A DNA stretch of 47,644 nucleotides from Actinomycetota bacterium (GTDB lineage Bacteria > Margulisbacteria > Marinamargulisbacteria > GCA-2716485). Under the pieces are notes generated by a model that worked only from the letters and a program-made list of their open reading frames with translations, ran no database searches and was not told the DNA's origin. Shown here piece after piece: positions 1-10,520 of the stretch (its first letter is position 1; each line of letters begins with the position of its first letter). Location: contig PBBE01000047.1 of assembly GCA_002716485.1 (NCBI GenBank), forward strand, positions 1-47,644. Direction: 5' to 3'. Made by a program: the position numbers and the translations under genes.

Positions 1-44
1 AATTTCGAGAAAATAATTTAAGTTAAGTTAAAGTGGGAGTTTAA

Positions 45-120
45 TGGAGCGGGATACCAGGTTCGAACTGGCGACCTTCTGCTCGGCAAGCAGACGCTCT
101 ACCAACTGAGCTAATCCCGC
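45..120 (-). tRNA. tRNA-Gly (GCC)
   Basis: Reverse complement GCGGGATTAGCTCAGTTGGTAGAGCGTCTGCTTGCCGAGCAGAAGGTCGCCAGTTCGAACCTGGTATCCCGCTCCA: 76 nt, cloverleaf, anticodon GCC, T-loop TTCGAA, U73 discriminator and encoded CCA. Confidence 0.97.
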
Positions 121-132
121 TTTGTTCTTGAA

Positions 133-162
133 ACTATATCATGTTGACTTGCTTTTTCTCAA
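133..162 (-). promoter_or_regulatory. Putative sigma70 promoter of tRNA-Gly
   Basis: TTGAGA-18 nt-TATAGT with an extended TG on the minus strand, about 12 nt upstream of the tRNA. Confidence 0.55.
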
Positions 163-300
163 GTCTGTGTTTGGATTCTAGTGTCTTAATCTATCGATAA
201 ATCTTCATACAAGTTCATTGGGTAGAAGTCCGATTATATAGGTGAAGTAATATTAAAGTGCCAAGAAAGCTGGTACAATACTAAAGAAAGGAGAAAAATC

Positions 301-597
301 ATGTCATATCCGAGTGGGGGTATAGGAGAATTTGGTGTAGGGGATATTGGAGGACAGTCCAATGTGCCATTTCATGGAACACCTGGGAAAGAAGGTGATT
401 TTGATGCCTTGCTTCATGAATTATTGGATGAAGATGCCATTGAGTTAGGTGGCCTGGCTGATGCGGCATTGAGGTCATCACCGGTTACATCGCTGAATCC
501 AGTGTTGTTATCAGGGCTAGAAAATTTGAAACATGCCAAAACAGATGATGTGTTTATTAAGAAACTAGCGCCGTTGATTCAGGATCTATTGGTTTAA
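301..597 (+). CDS. Small acidic hypothetical protein (98 aa)
   Basis: ORF with a good RBS (AAGGAG) upstream, filling the intergenic gap; no recognisable motif. Confidence 0.7.
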   Translation: MSYPSGGIGEFGVGDIGGQSNVPFHGTPGKEGDFDALLHELLDEDAIELGGLADAALRSSPVTSLNPVLLSGLENLKHAKTDDVFIKKLAPLIQDLLV

Positions 598-609
598 ATA
601 TCTAGGATC

Positions 610-2325
610 TTAAAATAGCTGTCCTAGACCAAAGTGTAGGATGGGGTCTGTTTGACTGAGACCTAAATCCAGTCTAATGGCACCGACTGGGGTAAATATT
701 CGAAACCCAATTCCTTTTCCTTGTGAGAAATCAGAAAAAGTGGGTATGGGGCCCTTGTCAAAGGCATGGCCGATATCAATAAAGAACACACTTTGAAGAT
801 TTTTTAATACTTGCCATCGCAGTTCTATATTATTCAGTACTTTTCGGGTCCCGGTAAGCTCATAGTGATTGTCTTTTAAGCCTCTTAGTGAATAAGCGCC
901 TCCGAGTCGGTATTGTTCAGTTTCGATGGTTTTGATATTGCCTTGATTGGGTTCAAAGACGCCAATAGTTGTATTGATTCCAAGGATGACGCTTTCATAG
1001 AGAGGGAGAAATAAACGGTTATTAAATGATAATTGGCTGAAGTTGAGACCTTGAAGCGTGGTGATGCCGATATCGCCTCCTTTTTCTAATTCAATTTGCC
1101 AGAAGTGGCCACGTTGAGGGTTGCTGATATATTGTGTGGACTGAAATGATAGTGTAGAACCAATGGCATTAATGATGTAAGGGCTTAATTCGGTGTTTTG
1201 GTATCCCGAAATACGATCATGGCGATATTTTAATTGTAGTGTTAAAGGTCGGTGAGTGGGGGGGATGGTCATTCGAAAGGAGGCGCCTTCGCGTTGGGTG
1301 TTAATGGGGGTGGATTCGGCCACGCCTGAATCACTACTCAAATATATTTCTTGTTGGATGCTTTTCCAAATATTAATTTGACTGGAGATGGGTAAGTAGT
1401 TGAATGTCCAGGGCTGGTAATAACTGGCTTGATATCGTGTGATTTGTAATTGATTATCTTCTTGTCCAATTTGGACTTTAGCACTACTCATATCACCGGG
1501 TGTGATGCGATGAGAGGAGCTGGTTTGTAAGAACCCTAAAAATTGTTCAGATTCAGTTTCCAGACCTAGGGATAACTGGGATCGTTTTTTTTCTTTGACT
1601 TGAAAGGTGGCCAAGACCCCGTCTCGGGTCTGGGATAATTTAGGGGGTGAGATATAAGAGAAATACCCGGTTTTTAATAAACGGTCTCGGTTTTTTAGGA
1701 GCTGTTGTGAATTGAATTTTTCATTGCTTTTACGAGGGAGGTAGCGCCTTAAGAATGTATCTGGTAGGTAGTGAAGTCCTTGGAATTGGATTTTTTTGAA
1801 ATTACCTTCTGAGAGGGTGATTTGTAAGATGTTTTCTTTATTGAGTTGCATTTTGGTTACTTGTGATAGCTCGTAGCCTTTTTGGTGATAGAATTGTTCG
1901 ATATTTTCTTTGTCAGATTTAAGAGTATTAATATTGAGTGGGTGTTGGCGTTTATTGGATAAGTATGTATTTAAGATATCATCAGAAAATAGGCTGTTTC
2001 CAATAAATTCGATATTAGAAATGACGGGATTTTCTTGTAAGAGAAATTGGAGTTGGATACCGTTAGGGACTTGCGTGCTTTTAAAAGACACTTCATGAAA
2101 ATAGCCACTTTGGTAGAGTGTGTGGATATCTTTATTGACTTTATTGAGGGATAGTTTTCGAAATTGCTGTGAAGATAGATTACTAGTGGGGGGAAGTTGC
2201 TCAAGGGGCGTGTGTTTTCGACCGATATAGTGGATACTGGTAATGAGCGTATTTTCATCGTCTCCATAAAGGCTCATGGGAATGATGAGTAGCAGAGATA
2301 AAATGAGATAATATTTAAAATTCAT
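610..2325 (-). CDS. Omp85 (BamA/TamA) family outer-membrane protein with about 3 POTRA domains
   Basis: Signal peptide from MNFKYY (start moved from 2361 to 2325). POTRA-like repeats (LYQSGYF, YHQKGY, LLKTGYF), GGAYSLRGL loop-6 motif, TPVGAIRLD and C-terminal FGLGQLF beta-signal. Confidence 0.9.
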   Translation of the reverse strand: MNFKYYLILSLLLIIPMSLYGDDENTLITSIHYIGRKHTPLEQLPPTSNLSSQQFRKLSLNKVNKDIHTLYQSGYFHEVSFKSTQVPNGIQLQFLLQENPVISNIEFIGNSLFSDDILNTYLSNKRQHPLNINTLKSDKENIEQFYHQKGYELSQVTKMQLNKENILQITLSEGNFKKIQFQGLHYLPDTFLRRYLPRKSNEKFNSQQLLKNRDRLLKTGYFSYISPPKLSQTRDGVLATFQVKEKKRSQLSLGLETESEQFLGFLQTSSSHRITPGDMSSAKVQIGQEDNQLQITRYQASYYQPWTFNYLPISSQINIWKSIQQEIYLSSDSGVAESTPINTQREGASFRMTIPPTHRPLTLQLKYRHDRISGYQNTELSPYIINAIGSTLSFQSTQYISNPQRGHFWQIELEKGGDIGITTLQGLNFSQLSFNNRLFLPLYESVILGINTTIGVFEPNQGNIKTIETEQYRLGGAYSLRGLKDNHYELTGTRKVLNNIELRWQVLKNLQSVFFIDIGHAFDKGPIPTFSDFSQGKGIGFRIFTPVGAIRLDLGLSQTDPILHFGLGQLF

Positions 2326-5300
2326 GGGAGTACCTGATGGCGACTTTGGGTTTAAATTCATCTTTGTTAAGTAAGTAGCGATAATTGGAGTAATTAATGG
2401 TTAAGTTGTTTAATAGGTAGTACGTTAGTTCAATTTCAGAGAGCTGGTCAATGAGTTTCTGGTTTTCTGACTGTAAATCAATATTGGTTTTGACATTTAT
2501 AAAAAGATTTTTGGTCAGTCGGTGGACGAGGTTTAAGCCTAAGAGGTTGCTTTCACGATCTTGATTAGTTAGTAAGGTATTGATGTTTTTCCCTAGGTTG
2601 TAGTTGATTTGGATGTCGTATAAGGGGGTGTTATTAATGATTTTTCTTTCCAATGGTCGAAGTATTTCTTTTCTAAATAAGAAGTTGATTTGATTTTCAC
2701 TGAATTCACTGACTAGTTTAATGGCATCTTCCTGGGAAAATTCGGATAAGTCAGACTTTAGAAAAACTTCAGGCATGAGTAGTTTCATAATATCTAGTGT
2801 GTCTGATGTGTTTTGTGATAGTGCTTGGCTATCTTGGATAAGTTGATATTGGCCGATATGGGTTAACTGGGAATTGTTGGGTTGATTGGAGGGGCTTTTA
2901 AACACGTCAATGGTGAGTTTGTTAATTTGGGTTAGGGGGCCGCTTAAGCTTAATAATAGATGTTTATATTGGGTGATATTGTTGGTGCTAACTTCACTTT
3001 CTGGATTGCTTTCAGTGATTATATTGAGGGCAGATAAGGTGATAATAGGGTTGGGGGCTTGATTGCTTGCAATTAAGATATTATCAAAGTTAAGTTGGTT
3101 ATTAATGCGTTCAGATTGGGTTTCTTGTCGATAGTTTTGTTGGTCTTGGGGCTGTAGTAATTGAAAATTTTGATTGAAGATGGATAAGTCCCCTTCTTTA
3201 AAGGTCATGGGGCTTAAAATGGATAAGGAATTAGGGTTACCTAAAAACTTGATTGGGGTTGTACTTGGTTCCATTTCAAGGTCGATGACCACGCCAGATA
3301 ATAGGTCGTTTCCGATTAATGAGTCATTAATAAAGATATTTTGATTGAGTTGCACATCTAAATCAAGATCAATGGGGATGAGTGGGCTTTGGGATGCTTG
3401 TCCTGGGTTGGTGTTGATGTTACCATTGTCGATTGCCAAGTGACCGGATAAGCTCATCGTAACATTAGGAGAGCCCGTTTGAGCAGTGCTCTTACTGGGT
3501 TTTCTTACACCATCTAATTGGAGGTTTTTTATTTGTAAATTGCCGCTATAATAGTTGCTTTGGATATCACTTAATTGGGCACTGGGAATATGGAATGATA
3601 GGGTGAGGTCACTGTCTTTAGGGGTGATTAAGTTTAGTGAATTGAGTTGGAGGGTTCCTTCAAAAGACAAATGATTGGGCGTGTTGTTATTGTCTTTCCA
3701 TTGGAAGGTGCTCAATGGAATAGAGAGTTGTTTTTGCCTGATACTGCTTTTAAGTGGTGGGATGTTGATAATAGTGGTCTTGAGGGGGCCTGTGAGGGCG
3801 ACTTTACTAGGCGTGTCAAGGTGAAGGTGACCTGATACACTTGCTTTTGTAAGGGGGCCTTTGAGGGTGGCGGATAGGTTCCCTGTACTGGTGATTTCTG
3901 TGATTTTGGGACTAAATAAACTGAGTAAATTCAGGTCTTTGTTTTGTAAGTGAACGGATAAGTCGATATTTCCACTGCTATTTTTTGGGTCCATTAGAAA
4001 TGAAACGGGGAAGTGGCCTTGGATCATGTTGTTTTGCTTGTGATCGTTTAATTGTGCGAATGATGATTGGATATGTACTTGTTGCTTTTCATCAATGTGC
4101 AAGTGACTTTTTAATGTGTCAAAGGGGGTTTGATTGAGTTGTCCTTTTTGGAGAAGAATATGGATGTTTTGGATGTTTTCACTGGGAGAAAGTTGTGCTT
4201 GAACGGTATTAATTTGATTGGATTTATATTCAAATTGAGAGATGTCGATATTGCCATCAAGTAATGGAGTGGCATCAGGTTTGCTTTGGATGCGCAGTTG
4301 GGTATTTAGTTGCCCTTTGATGAGTGATTGGTCTGGTATGGGGGTGATAATAGGTAATTCTTGAGTGCTTGATTTGGACAGAAAAAAGGCTAAGCTACTT
4401 TCGGTGGACTGGTGTTCAAATAAGGTGACGGGGTATTGGTTAAAATTGGGATCTTCAATTTTGAGTACTAAGGGAGTTTGGGGGCTTGTTGGGGTGTCTT
4501 CGATGGTATAAGTGAGTGGGGTTTTAGTGAACTCTGAAATGAAGGTGCTGATTAAGTGAATGGTTTTTTGGATATCTGCGTTTTGGGTGTTCATGGAGAG
4601 TAAATAGTTAGGAAGGGAGTTTTTTTGGAAAGGGCCGATATTTCCATCAATATGATAGTGGTTATTTTGGTTGTTAATGGATAGCGTGTTAAGGGTTAAG
4701 TGTCGATTTTTAAATAAGAATTTACTATTTACGTGGTCCAAATTCAGTGCGTTGCTTTTAATATTATTACCGTTGATCGTTAATTGAAGAGCCGGGTTTT
4801 CTCGTGTGCCTTGGATGTTTCCTGTTATTTGGATATCACCACTTAAGGCGCCATATAGGCCAGTTAGGGCTTGAAAGTTTTCTAAGGCAAGTTTGGATCC
4901 TGGTAATAGGGTGAGTGCAAATTTGTCTTTTTCAGTGGTGCCGTTCATTAGGAGATGGGATTTTTTCTCTTTGAGTTCAAGGGAATGGATTTGAAGGCCG
5001 TTAGTATTCCAAGTGCTATCAAAGCGCAATAGATCCAAGGGTTGGTTTCGGATGATGCCATTTTGAAGTTGGCCGGTATGACGGATCTGAAAATGTGGGG
5101 ATTGAACGGTTTTATTAGATGTATTGGTGTTTAAGTGACTATGAAGGCTAAGCTCACCTGATAAAGGAAGAAAAGGAGTGGGGACTTTACTGATTAAATA
5201 GTGAGAGTTTTCAATGGGAAGACGGTTAACAGAGACGGAGAAAGATTGCGGGATGTGGTGCTTAAAGTGGCCTTGAATGTCGATGCCACTGGCATCATTT

Positions 5301-7348
5301 TTTGCTGAAAACTGGTGAATATGAAGATCTTTATGGGTTTTGTTTAGTTTGATTTTACCAAGGTCAAAGTCAAAATTAATGATTGGAAAAGGACTTATTG
5401 TGGCAGACATGGTGACTGAATATGGCATCATGTTTTGATGGTAAGGGAAGGTGATTTTGGGGAGTGTTGCTTGGCTTGAAAGAGAGAACTTTCCTTGTTT
5501 TGCTACTTTATCTAGGGGTAGGAGGTCATTGAAAGGGATGTCGGTGCCGGTGATATTAATTTCTAAGTGCTGTGGATATTGTTTGCTTGAAATTTCGATG
5601 GGTTGAGGATTATTGTTAAGCCCTATTTTTCCAGATAGGTGTTGTAATTGATGATTGCTGATTTTAAATTGTGTATTAAATTGATGTATTGATTGGTTAA
5701 ATACGGTATAGTCGTTGGCACTGGCACTTAGGGCAACTTGAAGGGTTTTATTTTGTTGTTTAATTTCAATGGTGCTTTTCATAGTTCCCGAACTGGGGAG
5801 TTTGGGAAATAAAATGCTGGCTGGTGATAGATCTTGGCTATGTAGTGTCAGATGGGTGGATGCTGGCTTGGGTTTTAATCGGATATGTCCGCTTCCTGAG
5901 ACAGGGATACCAAATACAGTTGCTTGGGGGCTACTAAGGACGAGTTTTTCAGGAGAAAATTCATAATTTAAAAGAAGCTTATGGATGGGGATTTCACTTA
6001 GAGAGGTTGCCTGGCTTTTGGCATGCCCTTTGACGTTTGGAGACTTGAGGGGGCCGTTAATTTCAATATTTGTTTGAATATCACCATGAAGTTTAAGGGC
6101 GGGGAATTGGGGGATTAGATGCGCTAGTGCTTGGCTATTAAATGTATGCGTATTTCCATTTAATGATAGGGTTTTTTGAGATAAGTTGATAATACCATTA
6201 GCTTGGATAGGGATATTTTGGATATGGCCTTTAATTTTTTTGAGCTCTACATAGGCGTTGGGAGAATGGATTAAATGGCGAATAGGGCTATTCGTTAAAG
6301 GGTGTGTTGAATTAAGTAGGTGGCCTGAATAATTGATGCTTTGTGATTGGATGAGGTTTTGAACGATTGGGATAAAGTTTTCTTGATCATGGTTAGTCAG
6401 CTCGCTCTTAATTAGACCTTGGCTGAGAACAAAGTTGCTTATAAGAAGATGTCCTTCAAGGGATTCAAAAGGTGTCTTTAGAAAGGGGATCTGTAGGGTG
6501 TTTTGGTTTAGGTCGAATTTGAGTTGATAGCCAATTCGGGATTTGGTATGGATGGTTTTGGGGAGGGTTTGGAGTTGGATTTTGGTGCTGAGGCTGCCAT
6601 GACTTAATTGGTATTTAGGGAGAGGTAATAGGTAGCTTCCCCAATGGCTTAGTGGGAGTGAGGGGATATGAATGCTTAATTGGATATGGGGGTGTGTTTT
6701 TTGGATCATTCCAGAGATTGAAATGGGGCTTTTAGAGTGAACGAGATCACCTTTAAGGCTAATTCCTTTTTTGGACTTTGAGTATGTTTCAATACTGCCA
6801 TTAATGTTATTAATATGTTCTGATAGGGCCGTTTCGTTTTTCTTTGGGTACCATCCGTATGAATCTTTAATGTGGATTTGGCCATTGGTGATTTGTAATT
6901 TGCTTCGGATGGGTACACTTGTTTGTTTGGCTGATGATGGGGATGTAAGTGGAAATGAAAATGGAAATTGCCATTTTTTTTCTGTATTTCGGTAGAAATT
7001 TATGTTGGGACTGTGCAGGTGGATTCGTGATAACCGATTTAAGAGGGGGCGCCTGGGTGTCAATAGGAGGATAATGGGGTTGAAAGATACTTGAATTTGT
7101 TCACACTTAAAGAAGGCATCGTTGTTGCTTAGGTAAATATTATGTAAATTTAATCGGTTAAATAGATTGGTAGAGACATGACTTATTTGAACAGAAGTGC
7201 TCAGTTGACGGCTTAATTGTGACTCAATGACCTGTTTGAGTGTGTCCTGAATGACCTGACTTTGATATAAAAGTCCAATGACTGAAAATAAGATCAGGAT
7301 TAGACTGATCATGATGATACGTAGCCATTGGGTTGTTTTTTTGATCAT
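2315..7348 (-). CDS. tamB: TamB/AsmA-like translocation-assembly module protein (1677 aa)
   Basis: N-terminal membrane anchor, long beta-rich repeats (GPLKSPNVKG, GTRENPAL, GPLTKASVSG), C-terminal YSHEF; overlaps the Omp85 gene. Confidence 0.75.
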   Translation of the reverse strand: MIKKTTQWLRIIMISLILILFSVIGLLYQSQVIQDTLKQVIESQLSRQLSTSVQISHVSTNLFNRLNLHNIYLSNNDAFFKCEQIQVSFNPIILLLTPRRPLLNRLSRIHLHSPNINFYRNTEKKWQFPFSFPLTSPSSAKQTSVPIRSKLQITNGQIHIKDSYGWYPKKNETALSEHINNINGSIETYSKSKKGISLKGDLVHSKSPISISGMIQKTHPHIQLSIHIPSLPLSHWGSYLLPLPKYQLSHGSLSTKIQLQTLPKTIHTKSRIGYQLKFDLNQNTLQIPFLKTPFESLEGHLLISNFVLSQGLIKSELTNHDQENFIPIVQNLIQSQSINYSGHLLNSTHPLTNSPIRHLIHSPNAYVELKKIKGHIQNIPIQANGIINLSQKTLSLNGNTHTFNSQALAHLIPQFPALKLHGDIQTNIEINGPLKSPNVKGHAKSQATSLSEIPIHKLLLNYEFSPEKLVLSSPQATVFGIPVSGSGHIRLKPKPASTHLTLHSQDLSPASILFPKLPSSGTMKSTIEIKQQNKTLQVALSASANDYTVFNQSIHQFNTQFKISNHQLQHLSGKIGLNNNPQPIEISSKQYPQHLEINITGTDIPFNDLLPLDKVAKQGKFSLSSQATLPKITFPYHQNMMPYSVTMSATISPFPIINFDFDLGKIKLNKTHKDLHIHQFSAKNDASGIDIQGHFKHHIPQSFSVSVNRLPIENSHYLISKVPTPFLPLSGELSLHSHLNTNTSNKTVQSPHFQIRHTGQLQNGIIRNQPLDLLRFDSTWNTNGLQIHSLELKEKKSHLLMNGTTEKDKFALTLLPGSKLALENFQALTGLYGALSGDIQITGNIQGTRENPALQLTINGNNIKSNALNLDHVNSKFLFKNRHLTLNTLSINNQNNHYHIDGNIGPFQKNSLPNYLLSMNTQNADIQKTIHLISTFISEFTKTPLTYTIEDTPTSPQTPLVLKIEDPNFNQYPVTLFEHQSTESSLAFFLSKSSTQELPIITPIPDQSLIKGQLNTQLRIQSKPDATPLLDGNIDISQFEYKSNQINTVQAQLSPSENIQNIHILLQKGQLNQTPFDTLKSHLHIDEKQQVHIQSSFAQLNDHKQNNMIQGHFPVSFLMDPKNSSGNIDLSVHLQNKDLNLLSLFSPKITEITSTGNLSATLKGPLTKASVSGHLHLDTPSKVALTGPLKTTIINIPPLKSSIRQKQLSIPLSTFQWKDNNNTPNHLSFEGTLQLNSLNLITPKDSDLTLSFHIPSAQLSDIQSNYYSGNLQIKNLQLDGVRKPSKSTAQTGSPNVTMSLSGHLAIDNGNINTNPGQASQSPLIPIDLDLDVQLNQNIFINDSLIGNDLLSGVVIDLEMEPSTTPIKFLGNPNSLSILSPMTFKEGDLSIFNQNFQLLQPQDQQNYRQETQSERINNQLNFDNILIASNQAPNPIITLSALNIITESNPESEVSTNNITQYKHLLLSLSGPLTQINKLTIDVFKSPSNQPNNSQLTHIGQYQLIQDSQALSQNTSDTLDIMKLLMPEVFLKSDLSEFSQEDAIKLVSEFSENQINFLFRKEILRPLERKIINNTPLYDIQINYNLGKNINTLLTNQDRESNLLGLNLVHRLTKNLFINVKTNIDLQSENQKLIDQLSEIELTYYLLNNLTINYSNYRYLLNKDEFKPKVAIRYSHEF

Positions 7349-7496
7349 TTAGTGGCTTTAGGTTGCATAAGAAATCCTGACGTGGAAATTTATTTGGAAT
7401 AAGGTACTAATATGGCATGATAATATGATAGAATGCCTTACTATAATTGTACCAGAAAAGGGGCCTGGAATCCCCATTTTGAGAAGAGGTTTATGT

Positions 7497-8702
7497 TTAT
7501 TGACCCTGTTGTGGGGATTGGTTTAAAAAATGAGCCAGGAGTTCCCAGGGGCTTTTAAATTTAAGGGGACTATTTTGGGTGTCTTTTTCTGTATAATGTT
7601 GAATGGGATCCGCAGTAATGGTTGGGTGGTAAATTAAAAATGGAACAGGGTGATTGGTATGGGTTTTAAGGTGACAAGGGGTGGGATGATCCGGTAGGAC
7701 CATTACAACTGTGTCAGGTTGGGTTTTGATATACTCACAGATGGGGTTGATGATTTGTTGGTCAAAGTCTTCAATGGCTTTGGTTTTGAGAGCTTCATCG
7801 CCCATGTGACCGCATTCATCGGGCGCTTCGATATGAATATATACAAAATCATGGGTATCAAGGATCTTTAGGGCTGCGTTGACTTTGGCTTGATAATTAG
7901 TATCAATAAATCCTGTAGCACCTTGGATATGGGGCGTTTCAAGTCCACAGAGTTGTCCCAATCCTTTTAATAAATCTACGGCGGTAATGATCCCGCCACT
8001 GAGTTGATATTTCTCTTTAAACGGGGGCAGTTGAGGCATTTTTCCTTGGCTCCAAGGCCAAATGGCATTGGCGGGGGATAAGCCATTTTGGATGCGCTGT
8101 TGATTGATGGGATGTGCGCTTAATATGCGGTTTGCCCGTGTGATAAATTGGGTTAATATATCGGCATGGGTGCCGTGTGGAAGATGTGCTTCGATGGTTT
8201 GGTCTATAATATCATGGGGGGCACATGTCACAAGGTCGGTAAATTGGTCTGGTAAGAGTAGGATATGCCGGTAACTAACGCCTGGAAAGAATTGGCTGAA
8301 TTCATCTTGTAATTCATCATTTAAGGCTATGATAAGGGTATCTGCTTCTTCGGTGCTAATATGACCGGCGGTAAAGTCGGTCATAATACCTTGATTGATA
8401 TGGACCAAGTTACATCGGAAAACCACTTGATTACTGGCCACTTGAATATCCATACTGGCAGCTTCGATAGGGCCTCGCCCGGTATGATATTGCCTAGGGT
8501 CGTATCCTAATAGACCCATGTTGGCGATATCCGAACCTGGATGTAGGCCGTCTGGCACAGTGTGGACTTGACCACAGACTCCTTTTTTAGCTAAAAAGTC
8601 GATATGTGGAATGTGGGCTGCTTCCAGAGGGGTTTTATTGTTTAAAGAGGCCAGTGGCTCATCTGCCATTCCGTCCCCTAAACAAATAATATACTTGGTC
8701 AT
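7497..8702 (-). CDS. apgM: Cofactor-independent phosphoglycerate mutase (ApgM type)
   Basis: GDGMADEP, KTPLEAA, PGSDIAN, TGRGPIEAAS, HIEAPDECGH and PDHPTP motifs. Confidence 0.9.
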   Translation of the reverse strand: MTKYIICLGDGMADEPLASLNNKTPLEAAHIPHIDFLAKKGVCGQVHTVPDGLHPGSDIANMGLLGYDPRQYHTGRGPIEAASMDIQVASNQVVFRCNLVHINQGIMTDFTAGHISTEEADTLIIALNDELQDEFSQFFPGVSYRHILLLPDQFTDLVTCAPHDIIDQTIEAHLPHGTHADILTQFITRANRILSAHPINQQRIQNGLSPANAIWPWSQGKMPQLPPFKEKYQLSGGIITAVDLLKGLGQLCGLETPHIQGATGFIDTNYQAKVNAALKILDTHDFVYIHIEAPDECGHMGDEALKTKAIEDFDQQIINPICEYIKTQPDTVVMVLPDHPTPCHLKTHTNHPVPFLIYHPTITADPIQHYTEKDTQNSPLKFKSPWELLAHFLNQSPQQGQ

Positions 8703-8726
8703 TTTGCTCCTTTCAGAGGATACTAC

Positions 8727-9185
8727 TTAATTGGCAGGTTTTAGTTCTGATTGGATATCGCGGAACTCTTGAAATGATTTCCGAACTTCAGGGTCTTTTA
8801 ATGCCAATATTTGCATGGCTAAAATAGCTGCGTTTTTACTACCGTTAATGGCCACAGTGGCAACAGGGACTCCTGGGGGCATTTGGACAATGGCGAGTAA
8901 TGAATCTAATCCATTTACAGCTGCGTTAATGGGGACGCCAATGACGGGTTTGGTGACCAAGCTGGCCATTACCCCAGGTAAATGGGCAGCGAGTCCCGCA
9001 CCTGCAATAACAATGTCATAGTTGGCTTCAATATCTTGGGCAATATCGTGGACTTTTTGGGGGGTGCGATGGGCAGATGCCACAAAGACTTCATTTTGAA
9101 TTCCATGTTCGGTTAGAAATTGGGCGGCTTTTTGCATGATTTCAAGATCAGATTTAGATCCCATTATAATGGCGACTTTGTTCAT
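8727..9185 (-). CDS. purE: N5-carboxyaminoimidazole ribonucleotide mutase
   Basis: IIMGSKSD, SAHRTP, AGLAAHLPG and VQMPPGVPVATV motifs. Confidence 0.97.
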   Translation of the reverse strand: MNKVAIIMGSKSDLEIMQKAAQFLTEHGIQNEVFVASAHRTPQKVHDIAQDIEANYDIVIAGAGLAAHLPGVMASLVTKPVIGVPINAAVNGLDSLLAIVQMPPGVPVATVAINGSKNAAILAMQILALKDPEVRKSFQEFRDIQSELKPAN

Positions 9186-9271
9186 AGTAACTCCTTTGAT
9201 ACGTTTCCGGAGTTAACCGGAAGTTAGATTGGATATATTATATCATAGGCCTATGGATTTCGGGAGTCGTT

Positions 9272-10432
9272 CTAATGGGAGATATATGCTTGGGTAAATT
9301 TACCGATTTTGTCTAGAGCGGTTTTTAATGCGTTTATTTCTGTAGTAAAACAGATTCGAATAAACCCATCACGTTGCCCGAAGGCGGTGCCGGGAACCAC
9401 GGCAACTTGATAGTCTTGGAGTAACTTCATGGCAAATGTTTCAGAGTTTAGTCCAGTGGGGCGAATATCGGGAAAACAATAAAAGGCGCCACCAGGCATT
9501 TCAGTGGGTAACCCGATTTCATTGAGTGCGTTGATGGTTAAATCTCGTCTTTTTTGGTAGGAGGCTTTCATGGGGTTAATGGCCTTTGGGCCTTCTTTGA
9601 GGGCTTTAATGGCTGCAATTTGTCCCATAATAGGGGCGCAAAGTAGGGCGTATTGATGAATTTTGAGTGCTCGGTCTATAAGTGGGGCGGGCCCTGCGAT
9701 ATAGCCTACTCGCCAGCCGGTCATTGCGTAGGTTTTTGAAAACCCATTAAAAACAATACTTCGTTCTTTCATGTTGGGTAGACTGGCAATGGATGTATAA
9801 GTATCTTGGTAGGAAAGCTCTGCATAAATTTCATCACTGAGGACCCAAAGATCATGGGAGATGGCAAGTTCAGCAATTTGCTGAAGGGTCTGAGGGTCAA
9901 TGACGGCGCCGGTAGGATTATTGGGTGAACAGATAATAATGGCTTTGGTGTTTTTATTGATATGTGATTTAAGTGTATTGATATCGGGAATAAATTGATT
10001 GTCACAAGTGTCGATGGCAATGGGTGTTCCGCCAGCCAGGGTAATTAATGGGGCATAGCAGACATAGCATGGCTCAAAGATAATGACTTCATCGCCGGGA
10101 TTTAATAGGGCACGAAGGGTAATATCAATTCCTTGAGAGACGCCTGCAGAAATTAGTAGTTCGGTTTTGGGGTCATAGTTACAGTTAAAGTATTGGGATA
10201 AATAGTGGCTAATGGCCTCTCTGAGTTCAGGCATACCGGTATTAGAGGTATAGGAGGTAAGTCCTTGCTCGATACTTTCAATGGCTTCTTTTCGAATGAT
10301 TTCAGGGGTAGGGAAGTCGGGTTCTCCAACGCCTAATGAAATGATGCCTTTGGATTGTAGGACCAAGTCAAAAAAGGCCCTGATTCCGGATTTAGGAATA
10401 CGATCTAGAATTTCAGCGAATTGATGTTTCAT
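9272..10432 (-). CDS. Class I/II PLP-dependent aminotransferase (AspC/AlaT-like)
   Basis: SLGVGEPDF, PNNPTG, SDEIY and FSKTYAMTGWRVG (PLP lysine). Confidence 0.93.
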   Translation of the reverse strand: MKHQFAEILDRIPKSGIRAFFDLVLQSKGIISLGVGEPDFPTPEIIRKEAIESIEQGLTSYTSNTGMPELREAISHYLSQYFNCNYDPKTELLISAGVSQGIDITLRALLNPGDEVIIFEPCYVCYAPLITLAGGTPIAIDTCDNQFIPDINTLKSHINKNTKAIIICSPNNPTGAVIDPQTLQQIAELAISHDLWVLSDEIYAELSYQDTYTSIASLPNMKERSIVFNGFSKTYAMTGWRVGYIAGPAPLIDRALKIHQYALLCAPIMGQIAAIKALKEGPKAINPMKASYQKRRDLTINALNEIGLPTEMPGGAFYCFPDIRPTGLNSETFAMKLLQDYQVAVVPGTAFGQRDGFIRICFTTEINALKTALDKIGKFTQAYISH

Positions 10433-10520
10433 TGGTGATGTTTAGGGGGTTGCTTAGGTTTGTGCTCAGAGATTAGACCATGTGTTGGAAGCAATGTAAT
10501 GTTAGGCGTTAAAGATAGGC

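Noticed and set aside
45-120. tRNA-Gly as a genomic-island attachment site
   Set aside because: Only 44 bp lie beyond its 3' end; I saw no integrase or duplicated tRNA 3' end in the window.
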